From contig MCFE01000278.1 of NCBI GenBank assembly GCA_002104905.1, positions 40,840 to 104,839 of the forward strand: a DNA stretch of 64,000 nucleotides. Reading direction: 5' to 3'. The DNA comes from Basidiobolus meristosporus CBS 931.73 (Eukaryota; Fungi; Basidiobolomycota). Below the pieces are notes generated by a model. The model was not told where the DNA came from. It worked only from the letters and a program-made list of their open reading frames with translations, and ran no database searches. The translations under genes and the position numbers were made by a program. This document shows positions 11,245 to 23,600 of this stretch, in pieces. Each line of letters opens with the position of its first letter. Position 1 is the first letter of the stretch.

Positions 11245-12884
11245 TTGACATTATGTGCTACAAGCAGGGCTATAACCAAAAAAGGCCCTGGGGACATTGT
11301 GCCTACTGAAGGTAATAATGTAGACTTCTCAGGCTCTCAAGCAAGTAAGCAATTGGGAATCTCTGCAGACCTGCAAGCTTACCATAATACTGAGGCAGAT
11401 GAAATTGCAGCAAAAGCAGTACCTTCAGTTGAAGACCAGTAGGTGGCCATCATAAGACCATCATCACCTATATTAGCAGGTGTGTTGTCAGTTCATAGCA
11501 AAGTACTAATGAGGATATTAGGTGCAGTGGCTGATAGGATAGATGCAATGGCCCAGAGAAATTAAGATATAGTCCAGAAAAAGATGAGTTAACAAAAGGT
11601 CCCAAGCAATCAATATCCCAGGTAGAGAAAGCAGTATTTTTACTGAAAAGAAGGAACTCAAGTAGCTCAGTGTCACAACTAAAAATTGGGCCATTTTCCT
11701 ATGTAACAGCAGAGGATCACCATTCAGTCTCTAAAGCACAACAATGGTGCCCAAGGATAAACCCACAAAAAACCTATCACAGCATGAGAGGAAGAAAATT
11801 TAATGTTTATACCAAAGCCTAAAAATCAAAAGACACTCAAGATTTGTGAAGTTGTCAAGTGCAATGATAAAGAGTGGGCCAATATTCAAGAGGCTGTTAG
11901 AAGTCTAGCACACCAACACTTTAAGGCTGACATACTATGGGACCGTCAGGAATTCAAGGCCAAGCAGAATGTACTTTACTTGCTCCAGGAATATTGTCCT
12001 GGATTCAAATGGGCAAGCAGATTTTGGGCCAGCCTCAGTATGCTAAGAAAGTATCTCAAGAATAGCAGAAACTATCAAAGGCAGAAGAAAAGGGTGCAAT
12101 GACTAAGAACCAGCAACTTCCTCAGGTGCCTGTTACAAGCAGGTCCAAAAGCACTGAACAAGCATCAAAGTGACATCAGGTAGCTGGAAGAGTAACAACA
12201 ACAAAGGATTAGTGAAGGATCTGGAAGTGACAAAAATGAGCAGCTACTTCAAAAGCCTGTCACAGCATTGGCTGAGAGCTTAAAGTAAACAGAAAAGAAG
12301 TGTCAGGTTGCTGGCAGAGTGCTAGCTAGAGACAACTAGGCTGAAGCAGAATAATCAGAGCAGCATCTATCAGGGGGAAAACGTAGTTCAATGCAAGATT
12401 AACACAGACAAAGTAGCAGTGAAACACCTGGCAGTGATAGATCAAAAGTTAAAGGACAAAAAGTCTACCCAAGCCAGAGACAGGGAAGCATAAAAAGTGC
12501 TGCAGTTCTTGCCAACTAATGCTGTGAGCCTGGTACAGACTGAGTCCCATCTTAGCTAAGAAGACTTACCAGCAAGAAAGCAGCTGTTCTCACAAGAGCT
12601 AGTTGAGCTACACTCCAGTGAGGTAGATGAGTGTGCAGAGAAGGGCAACTGGTCTACCACACTCTTGAATCCCTCCATTGTTGACACAGTAGAGATCTCA
12701 CTAACAGACAAAGTAACAACATCAAGAACTCAGAAGGCTATCACAATGCCTTCAGTGGAATTTTGCAGCATTAATAGGCACACCAAAAGGTTGCAGCACT
12801 TGTTCAAGAAGAGTGTTCAAGAAAACACACTTAAATATTGCAAGGGTTTATTGCAAAGACAGGCAGCTGAGGTGCTAGAACTTG
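11245..12884 (+). pseudogene. Accessory gene of the CACTA-like element, copy C (unknown function)
   Basis: Homologous to 43482-45458 and 50339-52278. The central domain is open as ORF 11803-12102 (EWANIQEAVRSLA...WDRQE...PGFKWASRFWAS...LKNSRNYQRQ). Confidence 0.7.
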
Positions 12885-15800
12885 TGTTACAAGTCTTGGT
12901 ATAAGATTTGTAGAGGAATAGGGAGTTTAGCTAGTATTGTATTCACTAAAACTTGAACTGATTTTTATTGAGGTTCTAGCAGCTCCTTATATACATTTTG
13001 CCAGATCAATTGCAGACCAATTTATATTTCCTACTGTAGGCTGTGGCTGATGACTCATTTGATTGCATCATAATCACCCAATAAGATCTTACTTAATATA
13101 GCTATTTCTGTCTGATAATGATCTGCTGATTCATTTACTGACTAATGCTACTGATCTGATATATAATACTGATATACTGATAAGCTAAACATATAACTAA
13201 TGGAATTGACTAAAAACTGATCTAACTTAAACATTCAAGCAGCAGATTATAGCATTCTCCACTACTAAAGCAGAGAGGGTTCTCCTGAATCTTGTTTCTT
13301 GTGAAACCAATATTTTGATGGTTCAGTACTATCAGCAAGTCTTGTAAGCTTGAGTCTGTCCCTATGTACCAAGTCTTCCTGGATATTGCCTTGTTTATCC
13401 ACTTGTTGGTAAGTTGCAAATGGACATTCTCTGATGATCTTGAATGGTCCTGTCCATTGTGGCTCAAACTTCTTCCAAGTGTTGTTTCTTAGCAATACAA
13501 CGTTCCCAACTGTCAATGCTTCTGGTGCTATTGTCTTATCAAATCTCTGCTTCATCTTTTCTGCACTTTGAGATGCTTTGGTCTGTGCCTCTTGACTTCT
13601 TTGTTCTAGTTGCTGGTGTCTACTTGGCTGACTGAGTTCATCTTCTAAGGTGTCTGTAAGCTTTGGTTGTGTGAGATCTCCTGGAATCTTTGTTTCATAT
13701 CCATACACTGAGTAATATGGCAATTGTTGGGTGGTGCTGTGTACTCTGACTCTGCATGCAAAGAGTACTTTGCATAAGTACTCATCCCATCTACTGACAA
13801 CTGCATTTGCATACTTGGTCAGCGTTTTTCAAAATAATTCATTAAACCATTCAGTTACTCCATTAGTTGTGGGGTGATATGCCAAGGCTTTCAAGTGTTT
13901 GATCTGCTGCATTTCCTGGTAAGCTTCCAATGTCTTTGCCATAAAGTTTGCACCTCTATCTACTAAAATCTTTGCAGGGCATCCAAACTTCATAAGGATA
14001 TAATGGTAGATTAAAGTTGCAACTTCTTGCTCACTGGCTATAGGTACAGCTTTAGCCACTGGTCATTTAGTGGCATGGTCAATTGGTACCAGGATCCAAT
14101 GATTGCATCTCCTGGTAGTTGGCAGTCTGCCAATAAAGTAAATTTGCCATCTTTCATATGGTCTTACAGGCTCCAAGGGAAAGAGTTCAGCAATTCTTTG
14201 TGGCGGGCCTTGGTTGATTTGGCAACTTGATCATGTTTTTGCTAGCATCTCAATGTCATGTTTCATTCTGGGCTAAAATGCTCTGGCTTTTACAAGGCTA
14301 TAGGTTCCTTCAGTTCCAAGATGCCCATATCCATTGTGTAGCTTATGTATTAAATCCAGGCAAGCAACATAAAGGCAATAGGCAATAGGGCTTCCATCAA
14401 CAATCTGGTAGAGTGTTTTGTCCTGTACTACAAGCTTGCTGGCTTCATCCTGGATTATCTTCTTGATATCTTCATCCACCTCATTAGGAATGGCTTAGTC
14501 TTCCAAGTACTTGGTAATAGGCTAGGCCAATCTGATTCATGCACCAAGTTGAGTTGTGCAACTTGTTCTAATCTTGATAAGGCATCAGCAACCATGTTGT
14601 TTTTTCCAGGGCAGTAGACAATCTCCAAATCAAATTGATGAGTATATTCACTCCATCTTGTCATTCTTCTGGAGGGTACCTTCTGAGTGAATATATACTT
14701 GAGGGAGGCATGATCAGTCTTCACAGTGCATTTGACTCCTTCAATTTAGCATCTCCATGTCTTCAAACAGTGTATTATAGCAAGCATCTCCTTCTCTTAC
14801 ACTGAATAGTTTTGTTCTGCTGAGTTCAGTTTCTTGGATTCAAAGGCAACAGGGTAGTCCTTTCCCTTGTGTTCTTGGCTCAACACTCCACCAATTTCAT
14901 AATCTGAAGCATATATGCACAGAGTAAACTCTTTTCTGAAGTCAGGTACTCTTAAGCTTGGTAGCTTAGCAAGTTCATTCTTGAGCATCTGGAAGGCAGT
15001 CTCATAAGCTATGTCCCACTTGTTGGTATTGTCTTTCCTGAGGATATCAGTTAAATGGGCTGCAATACTTGCAAAGAACTTGACAAATCTCCAATAATAG
15101 GAAGCCATTTCAAGGAATGATCTGAGCTGTTTTATGCTATGGAGCCCCTTCAGATTCTTGATAACATCAACCTTCTTAGATTCCAAAGTTACTCCTGTGC
15201 TAGTCACTATGTGTCCCAGATATTCAATGTGTTCCTTGAAGAATTCACACTTGAGTAGCTTGCCATAAAGCTTGTTCTCTCGTTGCTTCTTCAAGACCTT
15301 TTCAATGTGCACCAAGTGATCCTCTTCTGTCTTGCTGTATGTTAATATATTATCTAGGTACATTATCACAAACTTGTCTAAGTACTCCTGGAACACAGTC
15401 AGCATCAGGGACATGAATGTTGCAGGGCATTGGTGAGGCCAAAACTCATGACTAAGTACTTGTAATGTCCATAGCTGGTCCTGACTGCTGTCTTAGGGAT
15501 GTCTTCTGGCTTCACCCTAATCTTGTTGTATCCTGACATGAGGTCAATCTTGCTGAGAATAGTGGCTCCATTGAGTTGGTCCAAGAGCTCATCAATCCAG
15601 GGTATGGGGTGCTTATTCTTCACAGTAACTGAGTTGAGGGCTCTGCAGTCAATGCACATCCTAAGTGTTCCATCTTTCTTCTTCACAAAAGGTACTGGTG
15701 CTCCCCAAGGTGACTTGCTGGGTCTGATGTATCCTTGCTCCAGTAATTGATCTATATGTCTCGTCATCTCCTCCAACTCAATGGACTCATTCTGAAAGGT

Positions 15801-17782
15801 GTCTAACTCACTTGAGGGCTATCTCCTGTTTCAATGGCATCATCCACATCTCTGACTGGTGGTAGGCTTCCAGGCTCAACAGGAAATACATCTGAATATT
15901 CCTTCAAAAGAGTCTAGATCTTGTGGGGTACTGGAGTAGAGGAATCCTCCTCTAATACTGCCGTGAGGAACATATGGTTACCTTTTCTTAGTGCTCTACA
16001 GAGCTGTATATTGCTAAGTTCACTTGTTTCACACCCACTGGAGTTGACCAAGTTTGAATCCTGTCTGGCAGGTAATACCTTTTAGGTGTTGTTGTTCTTC
16101 TGGATCTGAGTAGCATGGGTTCTCCAGTTGATTGATGGATTGCAACAAAATATCCAGGTTTTCCCAAGTACAAGGTCAAACTTGCAGTTCCCAAATATAT
16201 AGGCCTGTAGATCTTCTTCATAGTCATTGATCTTCATCCTGACTGGCTGAGTTTACGGTTGATTATGTGAGAGTTCCCATCAGCTGTTGAGACTGAAGTT
16301 GATTTGGTGGGTTCCAAGTTGATTCCAGCTTTCAAAGCAAATTGCTCTGACATGTACTTGTGCAATGATCTTGATTCATTCATGATCTTTGCAGGTACTC
16401 CATTGATTACTCTATTTAAGTTTAATGGCTTTTCTGAGTTTGAGGTCATCTGGAATATGTATTCTTCTGTCATATGGCAGGTGAGTTCTGAGTCTTCTTC
16501 AAGTCATCCTTGATGTTACTATGCTCCAGGGCCTCAATATGGTTAAAGGCTCTTGATGGCTGGTGTCCATTTCTTCTCCAAGGGCAGTACTTTGCAATAT
16601 GCCCCTGCTGGTGGCAATTGAAGCAATATCCTTTCCTCTTACATTCTTCTGAGGTCAGATTCTTCTGCATAGCGTCTATTTCCATTGGCACTGCTTCAGA
16701 TTGTCTTCTTTCATAGTAATTGTAGCCTCTCTGATTAGTCACTGTGGGCTTCCCAACTCCAAACATAGCTGAGCCATAGTCAATGGCAATCTTAATGGCT
16801 TCTTTGATAGTCTGATGTCTTTGGTAATTCACTTCCTTGCGAGTTCCTTCTTTCAACCCATCAATAAAGTATTCAACTTGATCCAGAGGGTCCATTCTTT
16901 GAATTTACCCTAGTAGACATCTATATTCATAGATGTACTCTTGGACCATTCCTTTCTGTCTGAGTGTCTTCAATTTTCTTCTTAATAAAGTCTGTTGGTG
17001 TTAAGGCCCAAAGGTATCCTGAATTTTCAACACAAACTCATCCCAGGTAGAGATTGTGGAGCATCCCATCATTGTGGCTGACCTGATCTTGTTGTGGTAC
17101 CACTGTAAAGCTGCATCTTCCAGGTAAGAGGCTGCATAATGCAACTTACTTTCTGGAGCAATTCCTTTAGCCTTGAACATTGACTCTGCCATGCTACCAT
17201 TGGACCTTCACACTAATGTTGCTCTTGACAGGGTTTTGCTGGCTTTGGGCCATGGCAGTCATTCTGTGTAGCTGCTGGCTAAGGATCTGAAGTAACTGTT
17301 GCTGATGGGCCAGAATTTGTTGCATAGCATTCTCCCATTCTTGACTTTTGGACATCTTGAGGGAGGCTTCTTCTTTCATCAGGAGGGATGTACCTGGTTA
17401 TTGCTGCTACCAATGTTACAAGTCATGGTAAAAGAGTTGCAGAGGAAAAGGGAGTTTAGCTTGTATTGTATTCACTAATACTTGAACTGATATTTATTGA
17501 GGTTCCAGCAGCTCCTTATATACATTTTGCCAGATCAATTACTGACTAACTTGTATTTCCTAATGTAGGCTGTGGTGATGACTCATTTGATTGCATCATC
17601 ATCACCCAATAAGATCCAACTTAATACAGCTATTTCTGTCTGATAAGGATCTGCTGATTCATTTGCTGACTAATGCTACTGATCTGATAGATAATATTGA
17701 TATATTGATAAGCTAAACATATAATTAATTGATTTGACTAAAAACTGATCTAACTTAAACATTGAAGTGACAGATCATAACA
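12885..17782 (-). mobile_element. Full-length Ty3/Gypsy element, family 2, older copy
   Basis: LTRs 12885-13254 and 17414-17782 (~34 differences). TSD CTTG/CTTC (4 bp, one mismatch). PBS TGGTAGCAG (minus, 17404-17412). PPT next to 13255. gag with CFNCHQQGHIAKYCP, RT, RH and IN on the minus strand. Confidence 0.93.
13265..17379 (-). pseudogene. gag-pol of family 2, heavily disrupted
   Basis: Fragments: gag 16470-17379, RT YLDNIL 14797-15776, RH KTDHASLKY, integrase H..YGHLG and VDRGANF, C-terminal WTGPFKII. Confidence 0.88.
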
Positions 17783-17829
17783 CTTCCAGTGCTGGCTGAA
17801 GACCAGCACATATGTTCACCTGAACTGAT

Positions 17830-18700
17830 TATCTCCTTGAAGACTAGTTTGCCCACTGGCAAGTGATTTAGTGGCTTTCAGAATACCTGTAAAGAGTTTC
17901 TTTTCCACTCAATGATAGCTACCATGAGTTTATTGGGCTATGAATGCTGTCAAAAATTACTGCTAAAGATTGTGAGGTGCTGATGGAATATCTCTTGACT
18001 GTATATGCTACTTTAAGTACAGATATAGGAGGTGAAGTATATCTATTTGTGTTGTGTCTGGCGCTTTATTCAGCCTCATATTGTGGCTGTAGATACCAAG
18101 CAGCAGTCTTGACATGAGTCCATATATTTCCGAGCATCTAATAATGAGTATCTTAGTTGTATTGAAGCATTCTGAGCTGACAAATTTACTCACTGGGTGA
18201 ACATCCCTTTTACATATTAAATTATAAGAAATTCTTTAAGTAAGGCCCAGATATGTTGTTTCTGTAGTTTGGCTGCTTTCTTTTGTGCAACATATCCAGG
18301 CTAGCTGTTTTATGTGCCACAGCTACTTCATCACCGTATCTATGAGCAAAATACTCAGGCAAAAAGCAGATATATTCTTATTTTTACATGTAGATCATGC
18401 TGCTGCTGATAGCCATTTCTGGTCATCTTTTCTCATAAGTAAGTAGCTGGTCTTGGAAAAGCAAACCTTTCTCCCTATGCACCTACACTACATACTAAGT
18501 GTAAGATGCTTGCATCTATATAGACTAGTCTGATGCAGCCTTCTGGCAGCAGATAAGAGTAGAAGCAGTTTGACTGAGTCTAGAGGGCTACTAAGCACTT
18601 AAGGAACCTTCTCTGTCAACTAGTCTAGCATCTGTTGTAGTTAATGTACTGTGACCAAAAATCTCATGCAAAATTAGTCATGGTGATTTTATTTTTGATT
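17830..18700 (-). mobile_element. Very degenerate Gypsy-like RT/RNase H remnant
   Basis: Minus-strand translation gives eroded TYLG, QLRYSLL and RNase H-like segments. Many stops. Confidence 0.35.
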
Positions 18701-19402
18701 GGCATTTGTCATGACCAGCTTTCTTATTGGGATTTCTGTAAAGTTGCCAAATTATTAGGTGTCCAGATTGTGACCTTTCTCAAGGTTATCCATAAGTCCA
18801 AAACCCTGCATTCTTATTTTTAAGCCCTTCTGTAAAAAACTCTACATTGTTGTTTCCTTACACTGTCAAAGATATATCTACCATAATTTTAATCAATAAA
18901 TTCACAAAGGAATAGGATATAAAGCTTTTAGTTTTCCACATTACTTCCAGTCCCCCCCCCATAAAATTGAAGCAGGTTATTGGCCTCAAGTATACTGTCC
19001 TCCTGGTAGCTACTTTGCTTTGGATCTATTTCTGTTAGTCCAGAGAAAGACTTTCTGCTCTATTGCTCTGCTGGAATTAAAGATCACCACTGCTGCTAAA
19101 GGACTATTTTGCTGACAGTTTTACTGTGAGAGGAAGGCTTTACCTGCCAAGTAAACAATCAATATCTACTCAAATTAGCTGTGATAATCAATATATGAAA
19201 CTGGCATATGAATAGGCCCAGAAGGTTATGATGTAGGAGCTCTGTCACACCTGGGGAAAGTTGCATATGTCTCAAGAGAGTTGAAGAAAGTATTATAAAA
19301 GCTTAGCAAAATCACTCAAGGGGTGTGCACTGCAATCAACAGTTGCAAAGAACAATAGAGTGTAATGTTGCAGCTACCAGCAGGCAAGATAATATGGATA
19401 TT

Positions 19403-20190
19403 AGGGTAAGCTAAGCATATAACTGATTAACATTGACTAAAAACTGATTTAACTTAATCATTCAAGCAGAAGATCATAACCCCCAATTAGTCATTCACTA
19501 TAGACAAACTGCCTTATTTGCCATTAAATATGAAGTTTGCCTAATGTGCAATAAATCCCCAATCTTGGTGGATTGACTAGGTATCATAGCTAGCATGCAG
19601 CCAATTAGGTTGCTGCAGTACATATGAAATGGCTGCTGTAGTGTTAAACATGTTAGATAAGCAGGCTGGTATTTATATATAGAGGTTCTGCTCCATATAT
19701 ATGCAACAATTTTGGCATTGCTTGCATTGAATATAAACTGTTCATTGGTCTGCAATTGTTTAATTAGAATGCCAAAGCAGATTTTTAGGGTCCTAACAAA
19801 TTGGAGTAATGTGGAGATCTACTGCTTGATTATTTTAGTTAGATTGGTTTTTAATCAAATCAATTGGTGTTGTATATTGCATATCAGTATATCAGTGTTA
19901 TCTTTCAAATCAGTAGTATTGGTTAGCATATGAATCAGCTAGCCCTTATTAAACAGAGAAAGATATGGAAAGATAGGTCAGCCACCATAATAGGATGCTT
20001 CACAATCTCAACCTGCACAGAGTTTGTGTTAAAAATTCAGGATGCTTTTGAACCCCCACTACAGCAGATGCTAATAAGTAGGAAGTTGAATACACTCAGA
20101 CAGAAAGGAGTGGTGCAAGAATACATATATGAGTATAGATATCTACTTGGGCAAATTGAAAGAATGGACCCTCTTGATTTGCATATAGGG
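19403..20190. mobile_element. Scrambled fragments of family 2 (partial LTRs in both orientations and a gag piece)
   Basis: 19403-19480 matches one LTR end. ~19850-19935 matches it in reverse. 19960-20190 encodes KIQDAFEPP...QEYIYEYRYLLGQIERMDPLD as in family 2 gag. Confidence 0.65.
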
Positions 20191-20658
20191 CCATAGTTGA
20201 TTGTTTCTTGCAATACTAGGTAATAGCAGCACTGGCATTAGGAAATACATACTTAGTGGTACAGTGTCTGTCAGTCTGATCCCTACCCAAATCTGGATCA
20301 CTATACACATCACACATTTGCCTATTTGCTACACCAGAGTATTCCAGTACAATATTTATGATAATTAGTATATATCTGAAAATCTGCTTAACAGCTGTAA
20401 TTTAATCTGATCCATAATTCTGCATGAATTGACTAACTATTCCAGCTCCCACTGTAACAGGTCAAGATTTACATCAATTTCAAAAAGTAATTCAATTTTC
20501 CAAGATCTTTCATCTCACACTTGGTGAAGAGATCTGATTTCATCTGTTCAACTGCCTGTTGGTCATTGTAGCAATTGTTAGGTTGGCCACATAAAGAACT
20601 AGGATGATAACACCTTTTTTGAGCTGTTTCACATATCTACTGTGCTCAACAGTGCTAC

Positions 20659-23600
20659 TGTTACAAGTCTTGGTATAAGAGTTGTAGAGGAATAGGGAGT
20701 TTAGCTAGTATTGTATTCACTAAAACTTGAACTGATTTTTATTGAGGTTCCAGCAGCTCCTTATATACATTTTGCCAGATCAATTGCTTACTAATTGTAT
20801 TTCCTAATGTAGGCTGTGGCTGATGACTCATTTGATTGCATCATCATCACCCAATAAGATCCTACTTAATATATCTATTTCTGTCTGATAAGGATCTGTT
20901 GATTCATTTGCTGACTAATGCTACTGATTTCATAGATAATACTGATATACTGATAACCTAAGTATATACTAATTGATTTGACTAAAAACTGATCTAACTT
21001 AAACATTCAAGCAGCAGATCATAACATTCTCCCCTACTAAAGTTGAGAGGGTTCTCCTGAATCTCTTTTCTTGTGCTACCAATATCTTGATGGTTCAGTA
21101 TTATCAGCAAGTCTTGCAAGCTTGAGTCTGTCTCTATGCACTAAGTCTTCCCGGATACTGCCTTGTTTGTCCACCAGTTGGTAAGTTGCAAATGGACATT
21201 CTCTGATGATCTTGAATGGTCCTGTCCAATGTGGCTCAAACTTCTTCCAAGTGTTGCTTCTTAGCAATACAAAGTTCCCAACTGTCAATGCTTCTGGTGC
21301 TATAGTCTTATCAAATCTCTGCTTCATCTTTTCTGCACTTTGAGATACTTTGGTCTGTGCCTCTTGATGTCTTTGTTCCAGTTGCTGGTGTCTACTTGGC
21401 TGACTAAGCTCATCTTCTAAGGCATCTGTAAGCTTGGGTTGTGTGAGATCTCCTGGAATCCTTGGTTCACATCCATACACTAAGTAAAATGGTGATTGCT
21501 GGATGGGGTTGTGTACTCTGACTCTGCATGCAAAGAGTGCTTGGTCTATGTACTCATCCCATCTATTGACAACTCCATTTGCATACTTGGTCAGCATTTT
21601 TCCAAATAATCCATTAAACCACTCAGTGACTCCATTAGTTCTGGGGTGATATGCTGAGGTTTTCAAGTGTCTGATCTGCTGCATTTTCAGGTAAGCCTCT
21701 AATGTCTTTGCCATAAAGTTTGCTCCTCTATCAGATAAGATCTCCACAGGGCATCCAAACTTCATCAGGATCTCATGGTAAATGAAACTTGCAACTTCTT
21801 GTTCACTGGCTATTGGTACCACTTTAGCAACTGGCCATTTAGTGGCATGGTCAGTTGCTACTAGGACCCAACGGTTGCATTTCCTGGTGGTTGGCAGTCT
21901 CCCAATAAAGTCAATTCCCCATCTCTCAAATGGTCTTACAGGCTCCAAAGGGAAGAGTTTGGCAATTCTTTGTGGCTGGCCTTGATTGGTTTGGCAGTTT
22001 GGGCATGTTTTTACTAGCTTCTCAATGTCATGTTTCATTCTGGGCTAACATGCTCTGGCTTTCACAAGGCTATAGGTTCCTTCAATTCCAAGATGTCCAT
22101 ATCCATTGTGTAGCTTATGTATTAAATCCAGGCAATAAACATAAGGGCAATAGGCAATAGGGCTTCCATCAACAATTTGGTAGAGTGTTTCATCCTGTAC
22201 TACAAATTTGCTGGCTTCATCACGGATTATCTTCTTGATATCTTCATCCACCTCATTAGGAATGGCTTGGTCCTCCAAGTACTTTGGTAATAGGCTAGGC
22301 CAATCTGATTCATGCACCAAGTTGAGTTGTGCAACTTGATCTAATCTTGATAAGGCATCAGCAACCGTGTTGTTTTTTCCAGGGCAGTAGACAATCTCCA
22401 TGTCAAATTGCTGAATGTATTCACTCCTTCTTGTCATTCTTCTAGAGAGTACCTTCTGAGTAAATATATACTTGAGGGAGGCATGATCAGTCTTCACAGT
22501 GCATTTGACTCCTTCAATTTAGCATCCCCATGTCTTTAAACAGTGTATTATAGCAAGCATCTCCTTCTCTTACACTGAATAGTTTTGTTCTGCTGATTTC
22601 AGTTTCTTGGATTCAAAGGCAACAGGGTAGTCCTTTCCCTTGTGTTCTTGGCTCAGCATTCCACCAATTGCATAATCTGAAGCATCTGTGCACAGAGTGA
22701 ACTCTTTTCTGAAGTCTGGTATTCTTAAGCTTGGCAGCTTAGCAAGTTCATTCTTGAGCATCTGGAAGGCAGTCTCACAAGCTATGTCCCACTTGTAGGT
22801 ATTGTCTTTCTTGAGGATATCAGTTAAAGGGGCCGCAATACTTGCAAATGACTTGACAAATCTCCGATAATAGGAAACCATTTCAAGCAATGATCTGAGC
22901 TCTGATATGCTATGGGGCTGTTTCAGATTCTTGATTACTTCCACCTTCTTTGGGTCTAAGGTTACTCCTGTGCTAGTCACTATGTGTCCCAGGTATTCAA
23001 TGTGCTCCTTGAAGAATTCACACTTGGCTAGCTTGCCATATAGCTTGTTCTCACTTAGTTTCATCAAGACCTTTTCAATGTACAGTACGTGATCCTCTTC
23101 TGTCTTGCTGTATATCAATATGTCATCCAGGTAGATTATCACAGACTTGTCTAAGTACTCCTGAAAGACAGTCTGCATCAGCGTAATGAATGTTGCAGGG
23201 GCATTAGTGAGACCAAAACTCATGACTAAGTACTTGTAATGTCCATATCTGGTCCTAAATGCTGTCTTAGGAATATCTTCTGGTTTTACCCTAATTTGGT
23301 TGTATCCTGACATGAGGTCAATCTTGCTGAAAATAGTGGCTCCAGTAAGTTGGTCCAAAAGCTCATCAATCCAAGGTATGGGGTACTTATTCTTGACGGT
23401 AACTGAGTTCAGGGCTCTGTAGTCAATGCACATCCTAAGTGTTCCATCCTTCTTTTTCACAAAAAGCCCTGGTGCTCCCCAGGGTGATTTGCTGGGCCTG
23501 ATGTATCCTTGCTCCAATAGCTGATCAATTTGTCTCTTCATTTCCTCCAATTCCAATGGACTCATTCTGTAAGGTGTCTTGCTCACTGGAGGGCTATTTC

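Larger units (their letters stand above)
2554..17810 (-). mobile_element. CACTA-like copy B/C, interrupted by three LTR-derived insertions
   Basis: Transposase pieces 2554-3544 and 9838-~10900 are collinear across the 3545-9837 insertion. The accessory gene 11245-12884 resumes at 17783 (CTTCCAGTGCTGGCTGAAGACC) after the Gypsy element at 12885-17782. Confidence 0.75.

Noticed and set aside
17401-17413. tRNA genes suggested by TGGTAGCAG and GGGCTCATAACC matches
   Set aside because: These are retrotransposon primer-binding sites of 9-12 nt; no cloverleaf is present.
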